Below, piece by piece: positions 15,001 through 23,420 of a stretch of 64,000 bases of DNA (positions are counted from its first letter, which is position 1; the number at the start of each line of letters is the position of its first letter). The DNA lies in assembly GCA_963729635.1 (NCBI GenBank), contig CAVSOP010000009.1, positions 64,688-128,687 on the forward strand, in the 5' to 3' direction. Source of the DNA: an uncultured archaeon (GTDB lineage: Archaea; Micrarchaeota; Micrarchaeia; Micrarchaeales; CABMGC01). The notes under the pieces are model-generated. The model had not been told where the DNA came from, ran no database searches, and worked only from the letters and a program-made list of their open reading frames with translations. Position numbers and translations under genes: made by a program.

Positions 15001-16012
15001 CGTCTCCATCCCTGACGGAGCAAACATCCTTGCGCCGAGCGGCTGGACGGGAACGATCACCCCTCCTACGACCGTCACGACTTCCGGCACCGCACCTTCA
15101 GGATTCTCCGTGGGAAGCACGGCGATCGAGGTGGGCTCTTCCAACTCAATCCTGCTGCTCAGCCAGCCTGCCACCATAGTCATTCCTGGAGTGGGCGCAG
15201 TCGGATACAAACCTGCCGGATCCAGCGCATGGACGCAGATAACGAACGTCTGCGGCGGCACCTACGCATCACCCGACCTCCCGGTGTTCCCTGGCGAGTG
15301 CTACATAAACAACACTGCCGACACGAAGATCCTCTCGTATCACTTTACCACCTTCGGTTTCCTAATCGGAAACGCGGCGCCTACCGTCCCATCGACCGGC
15401 GGAGGCGGCGGCTCGACCGGCGGCGCGGTCGTGGGCGCACCCGGAGGGAGTTCGCTCCCGACGTACGCGTCCTACTCGAACGGCGACCGGATGGGCTATG
15501 AGATAGCGAACTTCTCACAGGACAACTCCGAGACGCTGACCGTCGGCGGGACCGCGTTCACCGTGGTCGAGAACTTCATAACCCCTACGTCCGCTGGCGT
15601 GACCGTGAACGGCCAGTCGCTGACCCTGTCCCCGGGCGCTCCGGTGCAGGTGCTCAACACCACCGGCATAGCGTACTACGTCGAGCTCAGCTCGGTGTCA
15701 TACCTGCCCGTACTGCAGACCGTGGCGCTGTACCTGTACGGCCAGCCCAACAACGTGACCGCCGCGCCGCAGAACGCGACTCCTTCAGGAGGCGCGCAAC
15801 CAGTGCCGTCGTCAGCATTCCCTGGCCCGGTGGCCCCTGCCCCGGTAACCACAGCGGCTCCCGCCAATACGACTGCGGCGCAACCTTCATCCGCGTCTAG
15901 CGCGCTGCCTGCCATAGCAGCGATGGGCCTTACGATTGCGACGGCGATCGCGGTCGGCATAGCCTACCAGAGAAGGAGCACAGGTAGGGCTGCTAAGAAA
16001 AGGACGAGATAA
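12011..16012 (+). CDS. Giant secreted adhesin-like surface protein (MBG/YDG-type repeats, Ig-like domain, C-terminal TM anchor)
   Basis: 1333 aa. Signal peptide ...LLMVANVVHA-QA. Two identical 161-aa repeats. MBG-like (MTYGGAVPVITASYSGFVG...YIVTYIPGVLTVNPAPLT) and YDGTT repeats. Ig-like unit TVSITSS...ITFTATV...ATYPGDTDF. C-terminal TM plus a basic tail. Confidence 0.9.
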   Translation: MVNKTSVLFALVLSLFLLMVANVVHAQAFPIQSSTPVANVIYVVHHDSDSGFHGYWALDNYTKTITIWSIGNENYVVNATYSGIFCTFAGSKSPEIGAVEPTSGCGIMKGGYEGNLTTSALLNTSIVSGAIQTPSGSPFNYGGTSANILLGVGNPDTPGSFNWLNYLFPDYTSGFAYSVVNGNPAWSWTYTYGALPSISTNTEWINTGAGSTGDIVVPPTLETASITSNGKQIGTLSTGATLVTDDSGSCTGSNGETAACHTLDVSSVSVSNGPLPAGSWAFNLQSSSIGTAALEAYFTAKGWPQNYLTQIDSEIAGTSPFFYFTSDGNGVYSLTDGFHSALKLGTAPLMIDDDYPVGTYIYTGVINGQEETVTLTVASPTLETASITSNGKQIGTLSTGATLVTDDSGSCTGSNGETAACHTLDVSSVSVSNGPLPAGSWAFNLQSSSIGTAALEAYFTAKGWPQNYLTQIDSEIAGTSPFFYFTSDGNGVYSLTDGFHSALKLGTAPLMIDDDYPVGTYIYTGVINGQEETVTLTVSRVPTLTVTASSPSMTYGGAVPVITASYSGFVGSDTSASLTTQPTCIVSGVHATGTYSTTCLGAVDSNYIVTYIPGVLTVNPAPLTMSCSITIVNNKVYDGTTNAPTGCGGALLYGVMPPDVVELMPGGSIFANNQVGTWNVIFSGYALGGADAGDYVLEPLMAGTASITPAPLTVTGITANDKTYDGTTTAALAGTAGLSGSIVSGDDVSLIGSAVGTFTSADAGNDIPITLSGYSLGGTAAGDYALQAPAMSANIAQASTTVSITSSASTSTYGIPITFTATVNPAGGSIPNGETTTFYDNGVLIGTGTTADGVATLVTSMLPAGARQPITATYPGDTDFLTSTSASVSQTVNDAATSGTTETATSGNIVLASSAVGQADMSSGVNNIVLNDNSALDLSDSVQTAPTSVSIASNTVDLTAPLTVGGQSVQVANEVQLNSGVTGTPINITNSALSGVSVSIPDGANILAPSGWTGTITPPTTVTTSGTAPSGFSVGSTAIEVGSSNSILLLSQPATIVIPGVGAVGYKPAGSSAWTQITNVCGGTYASPDLPVFPGECYINNTADTKILSYHFTTFGFLIGNAAPTVPSTGGGGGSTGGAVVGAPGGSSLPTYASYSNGDRMGYEIANFSQDNSETLTVGGTAFTVVENFITPTSAGVTVNGQSLTLSPGAPVQVLNTTGIAYYVELSSVSYLPVLQTVALYLYGQPNNVTAAPQNATPSGGAQPVPSSAFPGPVAPAPVTTAAPANTTAAQPSSASSALPAIAAMGLTIATAIAVGIAYQRRSTGRAAKKRTR
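12663..13623 (+). repeat. Near-perfect 483-bp in-frame tandem duplication inside the adhesin gene
   Basis: 12663..13140 equals 13146..13623 apart from the one difference I found (cagatCggc vs cagatTggc, synonymous). The copies are separated by 5 nt. Period 483 nt = 161 codons. Confidence 0.95.
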
Positions 16013-16021
16013 CGCTACCGT

Positions 16022-16042
16022 GCCGCAGCCGTCTGCTGCGGC
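16022..16042 (+). terminator. GC-rich hairpin just after the adhesin stop (possible terminator/RNA-stability element)
   Basis: GCCGCAG-ccgtctg-CTGCGGC, a 7-bp perfect stem starting 10 nt after the stop at 16012. Confidence 0.3.
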
Positions 16043-16213
16043 ATAGGCCCCGACTATTCCTGTCCCCATCTGCCCTGATGCGGGCACGTCTTAGGATTGC
16101 AGCATAGCCATGCGTCCCCCATGTGCGACTCGCTTAGCAGATAACCTATAAAAATCAGAAAGGATACAATATCCGTAGGCGATTAAGAAACCGAAGTGCA
16201 ATGGGAGGGCAAT

Positions 16214-17335
16214 ATGGCAAATAGGGCATCTACTTTGTTCGCGCTGGCACTGCCGCTGTTCCTGCTTCTGTCCGCGAATGTCGCGAATGCCGCTGCAGGC
16301 CCGAAAATAACCGCCGTATCCAGCATCGCGGGGATTATGGCGACAAGCGCATCCGGCGCGATCGTGAACTTCATTCTTCCGACCGCAACTGATCAGTACG
16401 GCGTGGCTCTACCCGTGTCCTGCGCGGACTCCACCGGATTGCTCACCTCGGGGTCGACTTTCCCGATAGGGACCACTACGGAGACCTGCGCGGCGACCGA
16501 CGCGCATAACGACACCGTGACGACGTCGTTCACCTTGACCGTCCGCGCGGGCATCTCGCTCCCGACTATATCGGGGACGCCTGCGGACATAACCGCCAAC
16601 GCGACGAGTCCTGCCGGCGCAACGGTGTCCTGGGCGGCTCCGAAGGCGACCGATCAGTACGGCGCGGCACTGCCAGTGTTCTGCGCGGCTCCGACAGGGT
16701 CGCTGATCTCGAGCTCCGCGTTCCCGATAGGGACCACCACCGTCTTCTGTGCCGCTTCGGACGCTTACGGCAACACCGCGAAGGCATCGTTCGCCGTGAC
16801 GGTCAGCAAGCGACCGACGTCGATATCGGTCTCGTGCGTCACGCCATTCGCATTTGGGACCGCAACGCCCTGCACAGCGTCCGTGAAGGGATACCTGGGA
16901 AGCGTGGCGGGCGAATCGCCGACCCTTCTCAGCAGCAGCATTATGGTCAACGGTGGAGGCGTGTACACAGGCACATTCACCGGATGCACCCTCGGTCCTG
17001 CCGGGTCTTGCTCGTTCACATACACCTACCCGGTCGCGGGGAGTCCATCGATATCCGCGGTATACGCCGGGGATTCGGACAACGCGGGAAGCAGCAGCCT
17101 CTCGGCGCCTTTCATGATGGAGGCGGTCGCAGCGCTGCCTACTTCTACGCTGACGGTGCAGAATGCGACGGCCGTCAACACCGTCGCCGCGCAGCCGGTC
17201 CCGGCTTCCGGTTCGCTCCCTGCGATTACGTCTACGGGCCTCACGATAGCGCTGTCAGTGGCGTTCGGCATCGCAATCGGAATGGCTTACCAGAAGAGGC
17301 GCTCAAAGGCGGCCAAGTGGAGGAAGAGGACGTAA
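16214..17335 (+). CDS. Secreted surface protein with two HYR-like domains and C-terminal TM anchor
   Basis: 373 aa from the ATG at 16214 (the track ORF starts at GTG 16196). Signal MANRASTLFALALPLFLLLSANVANA. Two repeats of ...ATDQYG(V/A)ALPV(S/F)CA...FPIGTTT..C(A)A.D resemble HYR domains. The C-terminus is homologous to that of the 1333-aa protein. Confidence 0.85.
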   Translation: MANRASTLFALALPLFLLLSANVANAAAGPKITAVSSIAGIMATSASGAIVNFILPTATDQYGVALPVSCADSTGLLTSGSTFPIGTTTETCAATDAHNDTVTTSFTLTVRAGISLPTISGTPADITANATSPAGATVSWAAPKATDQYGAALPVFCAAPTGSLISSSAFPIGTTTVFCAASDAYGNTAKASFAVTVSKRPTSISVSCVTPFAFGTATPCTASVKGYLGSVAGESPTLLSSSIMVNGGGVYTGTFTGCTLGPAGSCSFTYTYPVAGSPSISAVYAGDSDNAGSSSLSAPFMMEAVAALPTSTLTVQNATAVNTVAAQPVPASGSLPAITSTGLTIALSVAFGIAIGMAYQKRRSKAAKWRKRT

Positions 17336-17395
17336 ACGCGGTGTAGGAAGGGCCCGTTGCGGCAGCTCGCTCCCTGTGACGTCCGCGGCTTCCGC

Positions 17396-18496
17396 TCAAC
17401 GCCTCTTTCTTCCCTTTCTCGCCCTGGCCAGGCGCATCCTGTTCGCGATGGTCGTTATGTCTATGATCATCGTGACCGCGCAGGCCAGTATCAGCAGCCC
17501 GCCCGCATAGCAGAGGGTGCAGGCCGTGCCGTTCTCCATGATTATGACCGCGGTGCCAACCGAGAGGCCTATGCACGCGAAGAGGGGCGGTATCGCCGGT
17601 ATCGGGCGCTTGTAGACCTTCAGGATGGTCATGGTGGCCACGATGCCCACTATGGAGCCGAAGATCACCACCATGGCCATCGCGTGGCTGAAAGAGGCGT
17701 AGGCGCTTATCGCGGCCATCAGGGGGAGGCACAGGTCACCCTCGCCCAGGGAGATCTGCGACATCACCGGCAGCTCGCCCTTGGCCAGTATCCTCCTGCA
17801 CCTCGGGTTGCCGAGCTGGTTCTCGTCCTTGAGGCACGCCATGTAGGTCGCAATCTCCTTCTCGCTGAGCCCTCCCTTCGGCACCGCCTCAAGGTCAGAG
17901 ACGCTTATCAGGAAGGAAAGGTTGTTGGACGAGACCGCCCTGGCGAGCGTCACCATCTCCTTGGTCTTGAATACGGCGACGTAGTCGTAGACCGCCACGG
18001 CCCCCAGCAGCAGTATCGAGTACACGAACGGGAAGTTCAGCCCCAGAACCAGCCCCACCCCTATGCACGAGACGACCGTGGTGAGGTCCCTCAGCCTCTG
18101 GTACCTCTCCTTCAGGAGTATGAGCGCCATGGCCAGCACCGCCGCGTAGGCGTAGACCGCCCCGCCGGCCACGCTCCCCGGCATGGCGGTGGCGAAGACC
18201 AGGAGGAAGGCGAAGAAGGAAGTGAACGCGGTCACGACCCCCTCGAGCGCCTCGAAGAGGAACGTGTTGCTGTGGTGCCTGTGCCTCCTCAGGACCAGAA
18301 GCGCGAGTATGAGCACGATGGTCGCGTCCAGGAGGTAGGAGAACACCTGGAACCCGGGCGCCACGAAGGTGTCGTAGAGTATGGAGGTGCTCCCCGCGCC
18401 CATGGCGGCGATGGCTATCGAGACCCCCGCGAACATTACGACGATGAATATCGCGACGATCTCCAGAAGCCCCCTGTTCCCTATTACCTTTATCAT
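17396..18496 (-). CDS. Presenilin/signal-peptide-peptidase-like intramembrane aspartyl protease (A22 family)
   Basis: 366 aa, multi-pass membrane protein. Catalytic motifs AVYDYVAVF (YD) and SLGEGDLCLPL (GxGD), plus a PAL-like PIPAIPPL. Confidence 0.8.
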   Translation of the reverse strand: MIKVIGNRGLLEIVAIFIVVMFAGVSIAIAAMGAGSTSILYDTFVAPGFQVFSYLLDATIVLILALLVLRRHRHHSNTFLFEALEGVVTAFTSFFAFLLVFATAMPGSVAGGAVYAYAAVLAMALILLKERYQRLRDLTTVVSCIGVGLVLGLNFPFVYSILLLGAVAVYDYVAVFKTKEMVTLARAVSSNNLSFLISVSDLEAVPKGGLSEKEIATYMACLKDENQLGNPRCRRILAKGELPVMSQISLGEGDLCLPLMAAISAYASFSHAMAMVVIFGSIVGIVATMTILKVYKRPIPAIPPLFACIGLSVGTAVIIMENGTACTLCYAGGLLILACAVTMIIDITTIANRMRLARARKGRKRR

Positions 18497-18626
18497 CCGA
18501 ACGCACCGGTCGTTGTTATCCGTGGGACCCTAAGCTTAAAAACCCGACCTCCCGCCCCGGCCCCTCCGCGCCCGGCAAAAACGATAGATTTATATACTAA
18601 AATTGTGGAATAGACTCGGGATTGAA

Positions 18627-18890
18627 ATGGATCTTTGGAAAGCACTAACGGGAATAATTCTGGTGGTGGCAGGGCTGATGGTCGCGTGGCAGGGCTACGT
18701 CCAGGTCAGCCAGTGCACCTCGACCCTCGGGCAGGTGGCGAACTTCTTCACCTCGCTCCTAGGAGGCACGGCCGTGCAGGGCTGCTACAACGCGCAGATA
18801 ATCGAGATCGGAGGCATCATAGTGGCGCTGATAGGCCTGGTGGTGATCTTCGTCGGCAACGGCACGAACGCCGCAAGGAAGAGAAGGTAA
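18627..18890 (+). CDS. Small membrane protein (2 TM), hypothetical
   Basis: 87 aa from the ATG at 18627, with TATA-like TTTATATA at 18589..18596. Two hydrophobic helices and a basic C-terminus. Confidence 0.55.
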   Translation: MDLWKALTGIILVVAGLMVAWQGYVQVSQCTSTLGQVANFFTSLLGGTAVQGCYNAQIIEIGGIIVALIGLVVIFVGNGTNAARKRR

Positions 18891-18918
18891 TGGGTTCCCC
18901 CGTTAGGGGAAATCCTAG

Positions 18919-18962
18919 CCGGAGGTCTTGGCCCTGAAAGGGGCCAAGGCCAGTCTCTCCGG
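18919..18962 (+). other. Stable extended hairpin in an intergenic region
   Basis: CCGGA/GGTCTTGGCCC-tgaaag-GGGCCAAGGCC/...TCCGG: an 11-bp inner stem plus a 5-bp outer stem with an asymmetric internal loop. Confidence 0.4.
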
Positions 18963-19003
18963 CCTGCTTCAGTCTGCGGTTATGCTTATGCAAGAGTGAT
19001 TTT

Positions 19004-19246
19004 ATGCCAACAAAAAAAAGAATCTCCAGGAAGAGCGTGTCTAAGGTGGTTGCGGCTGACGAGAGGAAGGCGGACAAGGAGCTGAACAAGCTCGGCCTGA
19101 ATTCCAGGTCATTGGTCGCTGCGGTGATGACCCTGGTGGGCGCGTTCCTTCTGCTTTCGAACCTGACCGGGATACTCCTGGCGTTCGTGGGCATGGTCCT
19201 GATATACTTTGGGCTCAAGATGTTCGGGATTCACCTGAGGATGTGA
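19004..19246 (+). CDS. Small membrane protein, hypothetical
   Basis: 80 aa. Basic N-terminus, then two TM helices (LVAAVMTLVGAFLLL, ILLAFVGMVLIYFGL). Confidence 0.55.
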   Translation: MPTKKRISRKSVSKVVAADERKADKELNKLGLNSRSLVAAVMTLVGAFLLLSNLTGILLAFVGMVLIYFGLKMFGIHLRM

Positions 19247-19370
19247 GCGCAGTCGGCTGAAGGGGGCCTCGCCCCCTCCGGACCCGTTCCCCCCGGGGTC
19301 GGGGAATCTATTTCTTTATATATTTTGCATGCGGATACCCTGTAGGATTGCCGCAAAGCGATGTGAGAAG

Positions 19371-19899
19371 ATGAACCGCCGAGCCACGCTCTATTTCATC
19401 CTGGCCTTCGCAGCCACGCTCGGGGTCGCGCAGGCGTTCTGCCCGTGCATAGTGGCAGCGGCCGCGGGGATCGCCGTGGCCAGGTACTTCGGCATAAACG
19501 ACATAGTGACCGGCCTTTGGATCGGCGCGATGCTCTACCTGACGGGCGTATGGACCGAGGACGAGATCAAGAAGTACCTGAGGAGGAGGAACAGGTACAA
19601 CGACTACGCCAGGCACAAGAAGATCGCGATGCACCTGCTGCTCGTCTACGGCATAACCGCGGTCTCCGTCTGACTTCCTGTGGTACTTCGGCTACTTCAG
19701 CGGCTTCTCCGTGATCGTCTACGGCCTGAGGATAAACAGCATGCTTCTGGGCACCGCACTCGGCATGGTCCTGACCCTCTTCACCTCCCTGGCGAACAGG
19801 GAGCTCTGGAACCTCGGCATAAAGCTCAGGCTGCAGAAGACGGCGCTGATAGCGGTCGTGCTGCTCGCGTTCTCCGCCCTGCTCTGGGGCTTCTATTGA
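19371..19899 (+). CDS. Multi-pass membrane protein, hypothetical (frame-disrupted in this sequence)
   Basis: Two ORFs (19329/19371..19673 and 19675..19899) join as ...GITAVSV-(Y)FLWYFGYFSGFSVIVYG... if the extra G at 19672 (tac -> tGac) is removed. Confidence 0.5.
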
Positions 19900-19921
19900 G
19901 CCGCGCAGGGGTGCGTGCGAT

Positions 19922-21254
19922 ATGGGGCTGCAAAATTCGCTATCCGAGGAGTCGTCCGGCGTCGAGCTGAGCGGGGACTTCCGCAGGGCCCTCAGCGCGA
20001 TGGAGGGCGCGAGGAACCTCTTCATAACCGGCGAGGCAGGGACCGGCAAGTCCACCCTCCTCGCGTACTTCAGGCGCACGACCGGCAAGAACGTGGCCGT
20101 GCTGGCCCCGACCGGGGTCGCGGCGCTGAACGTGAAGGGCCAGACGATACACTCCTTCTTCCGCTTCAAGCCCGACATCACCCCGGACACGGTCAGGAAG
20201 CTCAGCTTCTACGCGGCGAGGAAGTACAGGTCCATCGACACGATAGTGATCGACGAGATATCGATGGTCAGGGCCGACCTCCTCGACTGCGTCGACCGGT
20301 TCCTGAGGCTCAACGGGAGGGACCGCCGACTGCCATTCGGCGGCGTGCAGATGGTCTTCCTCGGCGACCTCTACCAGCTCCCGCCCGTGGTCACCGAGGG
20401 CGAGAAGGAGATCTTCAAGGGCCACTACAGGAGCCAGTACTTCTTCGACTCTAGGGCCTTCGAGCGCCTGAGCTTCGGGTTCATAGAGCTCAGGACCCAC
20501 TACCGCCAGAAGGACGCCGAGGACGATAGAGCTCTTCGACGCCATAAGGAACAACACCTTCACAGACGTCCACCTGGCCGAGCTCAACGCAAGGTACGAC
20601 CCGTCCTTCGTGCCCAGGGACAGCGATCTGTACGTCACGCTCACCACGACCAACAGGCTCGCCGACGCCATAAACGGCAGGCGCCTGGCGCAGCTGGCCG
20701 GGAAGGAGTACGCCTACTCCGCCCATTCAAGCGGCGAGCTGGACAAGAGGGCGCTCCCTGCGGACGAGAGGCTCGTCCTGAAGGAGAACGCCCAGGTGAT
20801 GATGCTCAACAACGACCCGGAGAAGAGGTGGGTGAACGGCAGCATAGGCAGGGTCGTCAGCGTCAACCGAGTGCCCGGAGAGAACGATGTGATAGTAGTC
20901 GAGTTCGCGGACAAGACCCAGGCCGTGGTCGTCCCATACTCGTGGAAGCTCTTCAAGTTCTCATACGACACCGCCGCGGGGCGCTTGATGTCCGAGCCGA
21001 TGGGCGGGTTCGTGCAGTACCCGATGACGCTGGCGTGGGCCGTGACGATACACAAGAGCCAGGGCAAGACCTTCGACCGCGTGATAATAGACCTCGGGGA
21101 GGGCACCTTCGCCCACGGCCAGCTCTACGTCGCGCTGAGCAGGTGCACGACCCTCGGAGGGATAGTCCTGAGGAAGCGGATCGAGAGGAGGCACGTCATG
21201 GTGGACCAGCGCATAGTCGACTTCCTCGCGGAGTGCAAGAAGCACGCGGCGTGA
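19922..21254 (+). CDS. PIF1/RecD-like superfamily-1 helicase (frame-disrupted in this sequence)
   Basis: Walker A GEAGTGKS, Walker [19 protein letters not shown], and C-terminal [11 protein letters not shown]...LYVALSRC. The frame switches at 20525 (extra G: gac-G-ata), joining the 19922 frame to ORF 20610..21254. Confidence 0.8.
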
Positions 21255-21302
21255 TAGGTTATATAGGAAGCAATATATACCCATAGCTATATATCAGTAA
21301 AT

Positions 21303-21533
21303 ATGGAAACCACGATTCAAGTGCATCGCACTCTAAAGGATAAGTTGGAGAAATTGAAGATCTACCCTAGAGAATCCTATGCGAAGGTGATTGAAAGGCT
21401 CATTGCGGGAGGAATCGATAGCGAACCCCTCTCTGAAGAAGAGATAAAGGGAATAGAACAAGGTCTGGCCGACATAAAGGCCGGACGGACCTACACGACG
21501 CAGGAATTGAAGAAAAAGCTAGGGATCAAATGA
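21303..21533 (+). CDS. Antitoxin (RHH-type, putative) of a RelE/ParE module
   Basis: 76 aa. Its stop overlaps the toxin start (ATGA at 21530). METTIQVHRTLKDKLEKLK... is compatible with an N-terminal RHH strand-helix. Confidence 0.6.
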   Translation: METTIQVHRTLKDKLEKLKIYPRESYAKVIERLIAGGIDSEPLSEEEIKGIEQGLADIKAGRTYTTQELKKKLGIK

Positions 21534-21787
21534 GCTATCAAGTCATCTGGTCAGAGCGTTCTAGAAAGAATCTAAAAATGCTTGAGAAAAGCATAGCCTC
21601 TAGGATAATTACAAAAGTGGAAAGCATATCGGAAGACCCATTTACTTATGTGAAAAGGCTGCAAGGAGTACCTCTCTTCAGCCTTAGAGTAGGGGAATAC
21701 AGAGTTATCTTAGACATAGAAAACACGAAGATGGTAATCTTCGTGGTCAAGCTCGGTCACAGGAGCAGGATTTACGACGGTCTTTAG
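21530..21787 (+). CDS. relE: RelE/ParE family toxin
   Basis: 85 aa. LRVGEYRVILDIENTKMVIFVVKLGHRSRIY is the classical RelE/ParE C-terminal signature. Confidence 0.8.
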   Translation: MSYQVIWSERSRKNLKMLEKSIASRIITKVESISEDPFTYVKRLQGVPLFSLRVGEYRVILDIENTKMVIFVVKLGHRSRIYDGL

Positions 21788-21862
21788 TGCAGCACTCACC
21801 CTAAGACGAAGTCGGAGTCACAATCATATTTATATACCCCGAAAGGGCAAATGCATAACTGT

Positions 21863-21985
21863 GCCAGGGTGGCAGAATCCGGTCAATGCGCCGGTCTTGA
21901 ACGCATAGCGTGTCAAGAGCTGATTTGTGATGCAACGAAAGCCGGTGCCCTCACGGGCTTTAGGGTTCAAATCCCTACCCTGGCG
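21863..21985 (+). tRNA. tRNA-Ser (anticodon UGA) with a ~38-nt intron at the canonical 37/38 position
   Basis: Acceptor GCCAGGG/CCCTGGC plus discriminator G. D-arm GCA..TGC. Anticodon stem CCGGT/GCCGG with loop CT-TGA-A(A). Intron about 21902..21939. Long variable arm GCCC-tcac-GGGC. T-arm TAGGG-TTCAAAT-CCCTA. No encoded CCA. Confidence 0.75.
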
Positions 21986-22879
21986 TTGAAATTTACGACG
22001 ACAAATCCCGGGTTCAGAAACCTAAAAGAGGTTTCGCCCGGACATGCGAAAAAGGAAAAAGCGGGGTTCGAATTCGCAGGACTTTCGGCCTCAGTCAAAG
22101 AAGCGGCGCAGTCGCTTCCTCAGTCGAAGCTCGGAGAGCTCAAGTCAATCCTCCACAAGTCGTACGTGAGGAGATTCGCTGGAAAGCGGAAAACTCCCAA
22201 GTACGGCTCGATAAACAAGGGCTTCACTGAACTTGAGCCACGACAGTTCCTAAGAACTGTCCCGAACGAAAAGTTCAGGCTCCTTTTCAGCTACCAGGCG
22301 TATTTCGGATTTCGTATCGGAGAAGCTATAAGGTTGCACCTGGGCAACATCAGCTTCGAGAAGAGAGAAATCACAATCAAGAGTGAAAAGTCAGCGGTGT
22401 CCGACACTCTGAAGATACCGATGGAACTTTTCAATGAAACCAAGCAATACGTAAATGAACACCTGCCTGAAATCGAGGCTGCCGAAGGCCACATCTTCTT
22501 CAAGGAAAACGACAACAACCACAACAATGTGCCTCATATCGAAGAACATTACGTGAGAAGAGTTTTCAGAGAGACCATAAGCAAGGCGAGCATGGATCAG
22601 ATTTATGACTATTCAGAAGAGAACTTCCCAGGCCACGCATCCCGCGGCCTGCATCGCCTAACGACGCACAGCCTCAGGCACTATGCGATAACCAGGTTCG
22701 CAAAAGCGACCAATGGCAACTTGGTGCTGACGAGCAGGTTCGCAAGGCACTCTGCGCCCAGTACAACTATGAGGTATATCGCCAAGGACAACGAGCAACT
22801 CTACAGTGAGATAGACAATGCCTTCTCCGATGGCGGAATGGAAGTCATTCGCCGCCTGCAAGGTAGACTGAAGAGCTAA
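21986..22879 (+). CDS. Tyrosine recombinase/integrase (start uncertain; possibly the C-terminal part of a split SSV-type integrase)
   Basis: Catalytic residues: R in YFGFRIGEAIRL, HxxR in THSLRHYAITRF, Y in TTMRYI. The ORF is open from 21851 through the tRNA. There is no ATG between the tRNA and codon ~190. A TTG at 21986 lies right after the tRNA. Confidence 0.75.
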   Translation: MKFTTTNPGFRNLKEVSPGHAKKEKAGFEFAGLSASVKEAAQSLPQSKLGELKSILHKSYVRRFAGKRKTPKYGSINKGFTELEPRQFLRTVPNEKFRLLFSYQAYFGFRIGEAIRLHLGNISFEKREITIKSEKSAVSDTLKIPMELFNETKQYVNEHLPEIEAAEGHIFFKENDNNHNNVPHIEEHYVRRVFRETISKASMDQIYDYSEENFPGHASRGLHRLTTHSLRHYAITRFAKATNGNLVLTSRFARHSAPSTTMRYIAKDNEQLYSEIDNAFSDGGMEVIRRLQGRLKS

Positions 22880-22939
22880 GCGCAGCAAGGGCAAGCTTTT
22901 AAGTATCTAACAACCTAAAGTATATCTGTCGTGGTACGT

Positions 22940-23131
22940 ATGAGCGATATGCGCATCTTTAGAAGTGAAGGCTGGTACGTGGCAGAGATACCTTCCCTCC
23001 ATGTGGTCACGAGAGCCAAGACCATGCCCACTCTGAGAAAGAATATCGAAGAGGCGACGCAAGTGGCCATCGAAGGGCTCATCGCGCTGAAGTCTGTAAA
23101 GATGAAAGTCGGCAAAAAGATATTGGCATAA
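22940..23131 (+). CDS. hicB: HicB-family antitoxin (UPF0150-type, short)
   Basis: GWYVAEIPSLHVVTRAKTMPTLRKNIEEATQVAIEGL matches the HicB N-terminal fold pattern. Lies directly upstream of hicA. ATG at 22940 (the track ORF starts at GTG 22931). Confidence 0.65.
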   Translation: MSDMRIFRSEGWYVAEIPSLHVVTRAKTMPTLRKNIEEATQVAIEGLIALKSVKMKVGKKILA

Positions 23132-23151
23132 GCATAGCTTGACTTGATTCT

Positions 23152-23370
23152 ATGTCGAGGCTTGTGATAAAACCTTACAAACTTCTCCAGATACTGGTCA
23201 AATACTATAATTTCAGGGCAATAAGGCAAAAGGGCAGCCACATCTTCATCACCAATTTCGAGCACATGACAACAATTCCGATGCACGGCGGAAACTTGGA
23301 CCAAGGAACTCTGAACGCGATATTGAGGCAGACTGGTTTGACCAGAGAAGACATAGAGAAATACTTGTAG
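23152..23370 (+). CDS. hicA: HicA-family mRNA interferase toxin
   Basis: 72 aa. RQKGSHIFITN...TIPMHGGNLDQGTLNAILRQTGLTREDIEKYL matches the HicA pattern. Confidence 0.75.
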   Translation: MSRLVIKPYKLLQILVKYYNFRAIRQKGSHIFITNFEHMTTIPMHGGNLDQGTLNAILRQTGLTREDIEKYL

Positions 23371-23420
23371 TTCTTCCTTACAGCGTCGTAGTCGTTTCTT
23401 CAACGCTCCGCTTTGACCAA

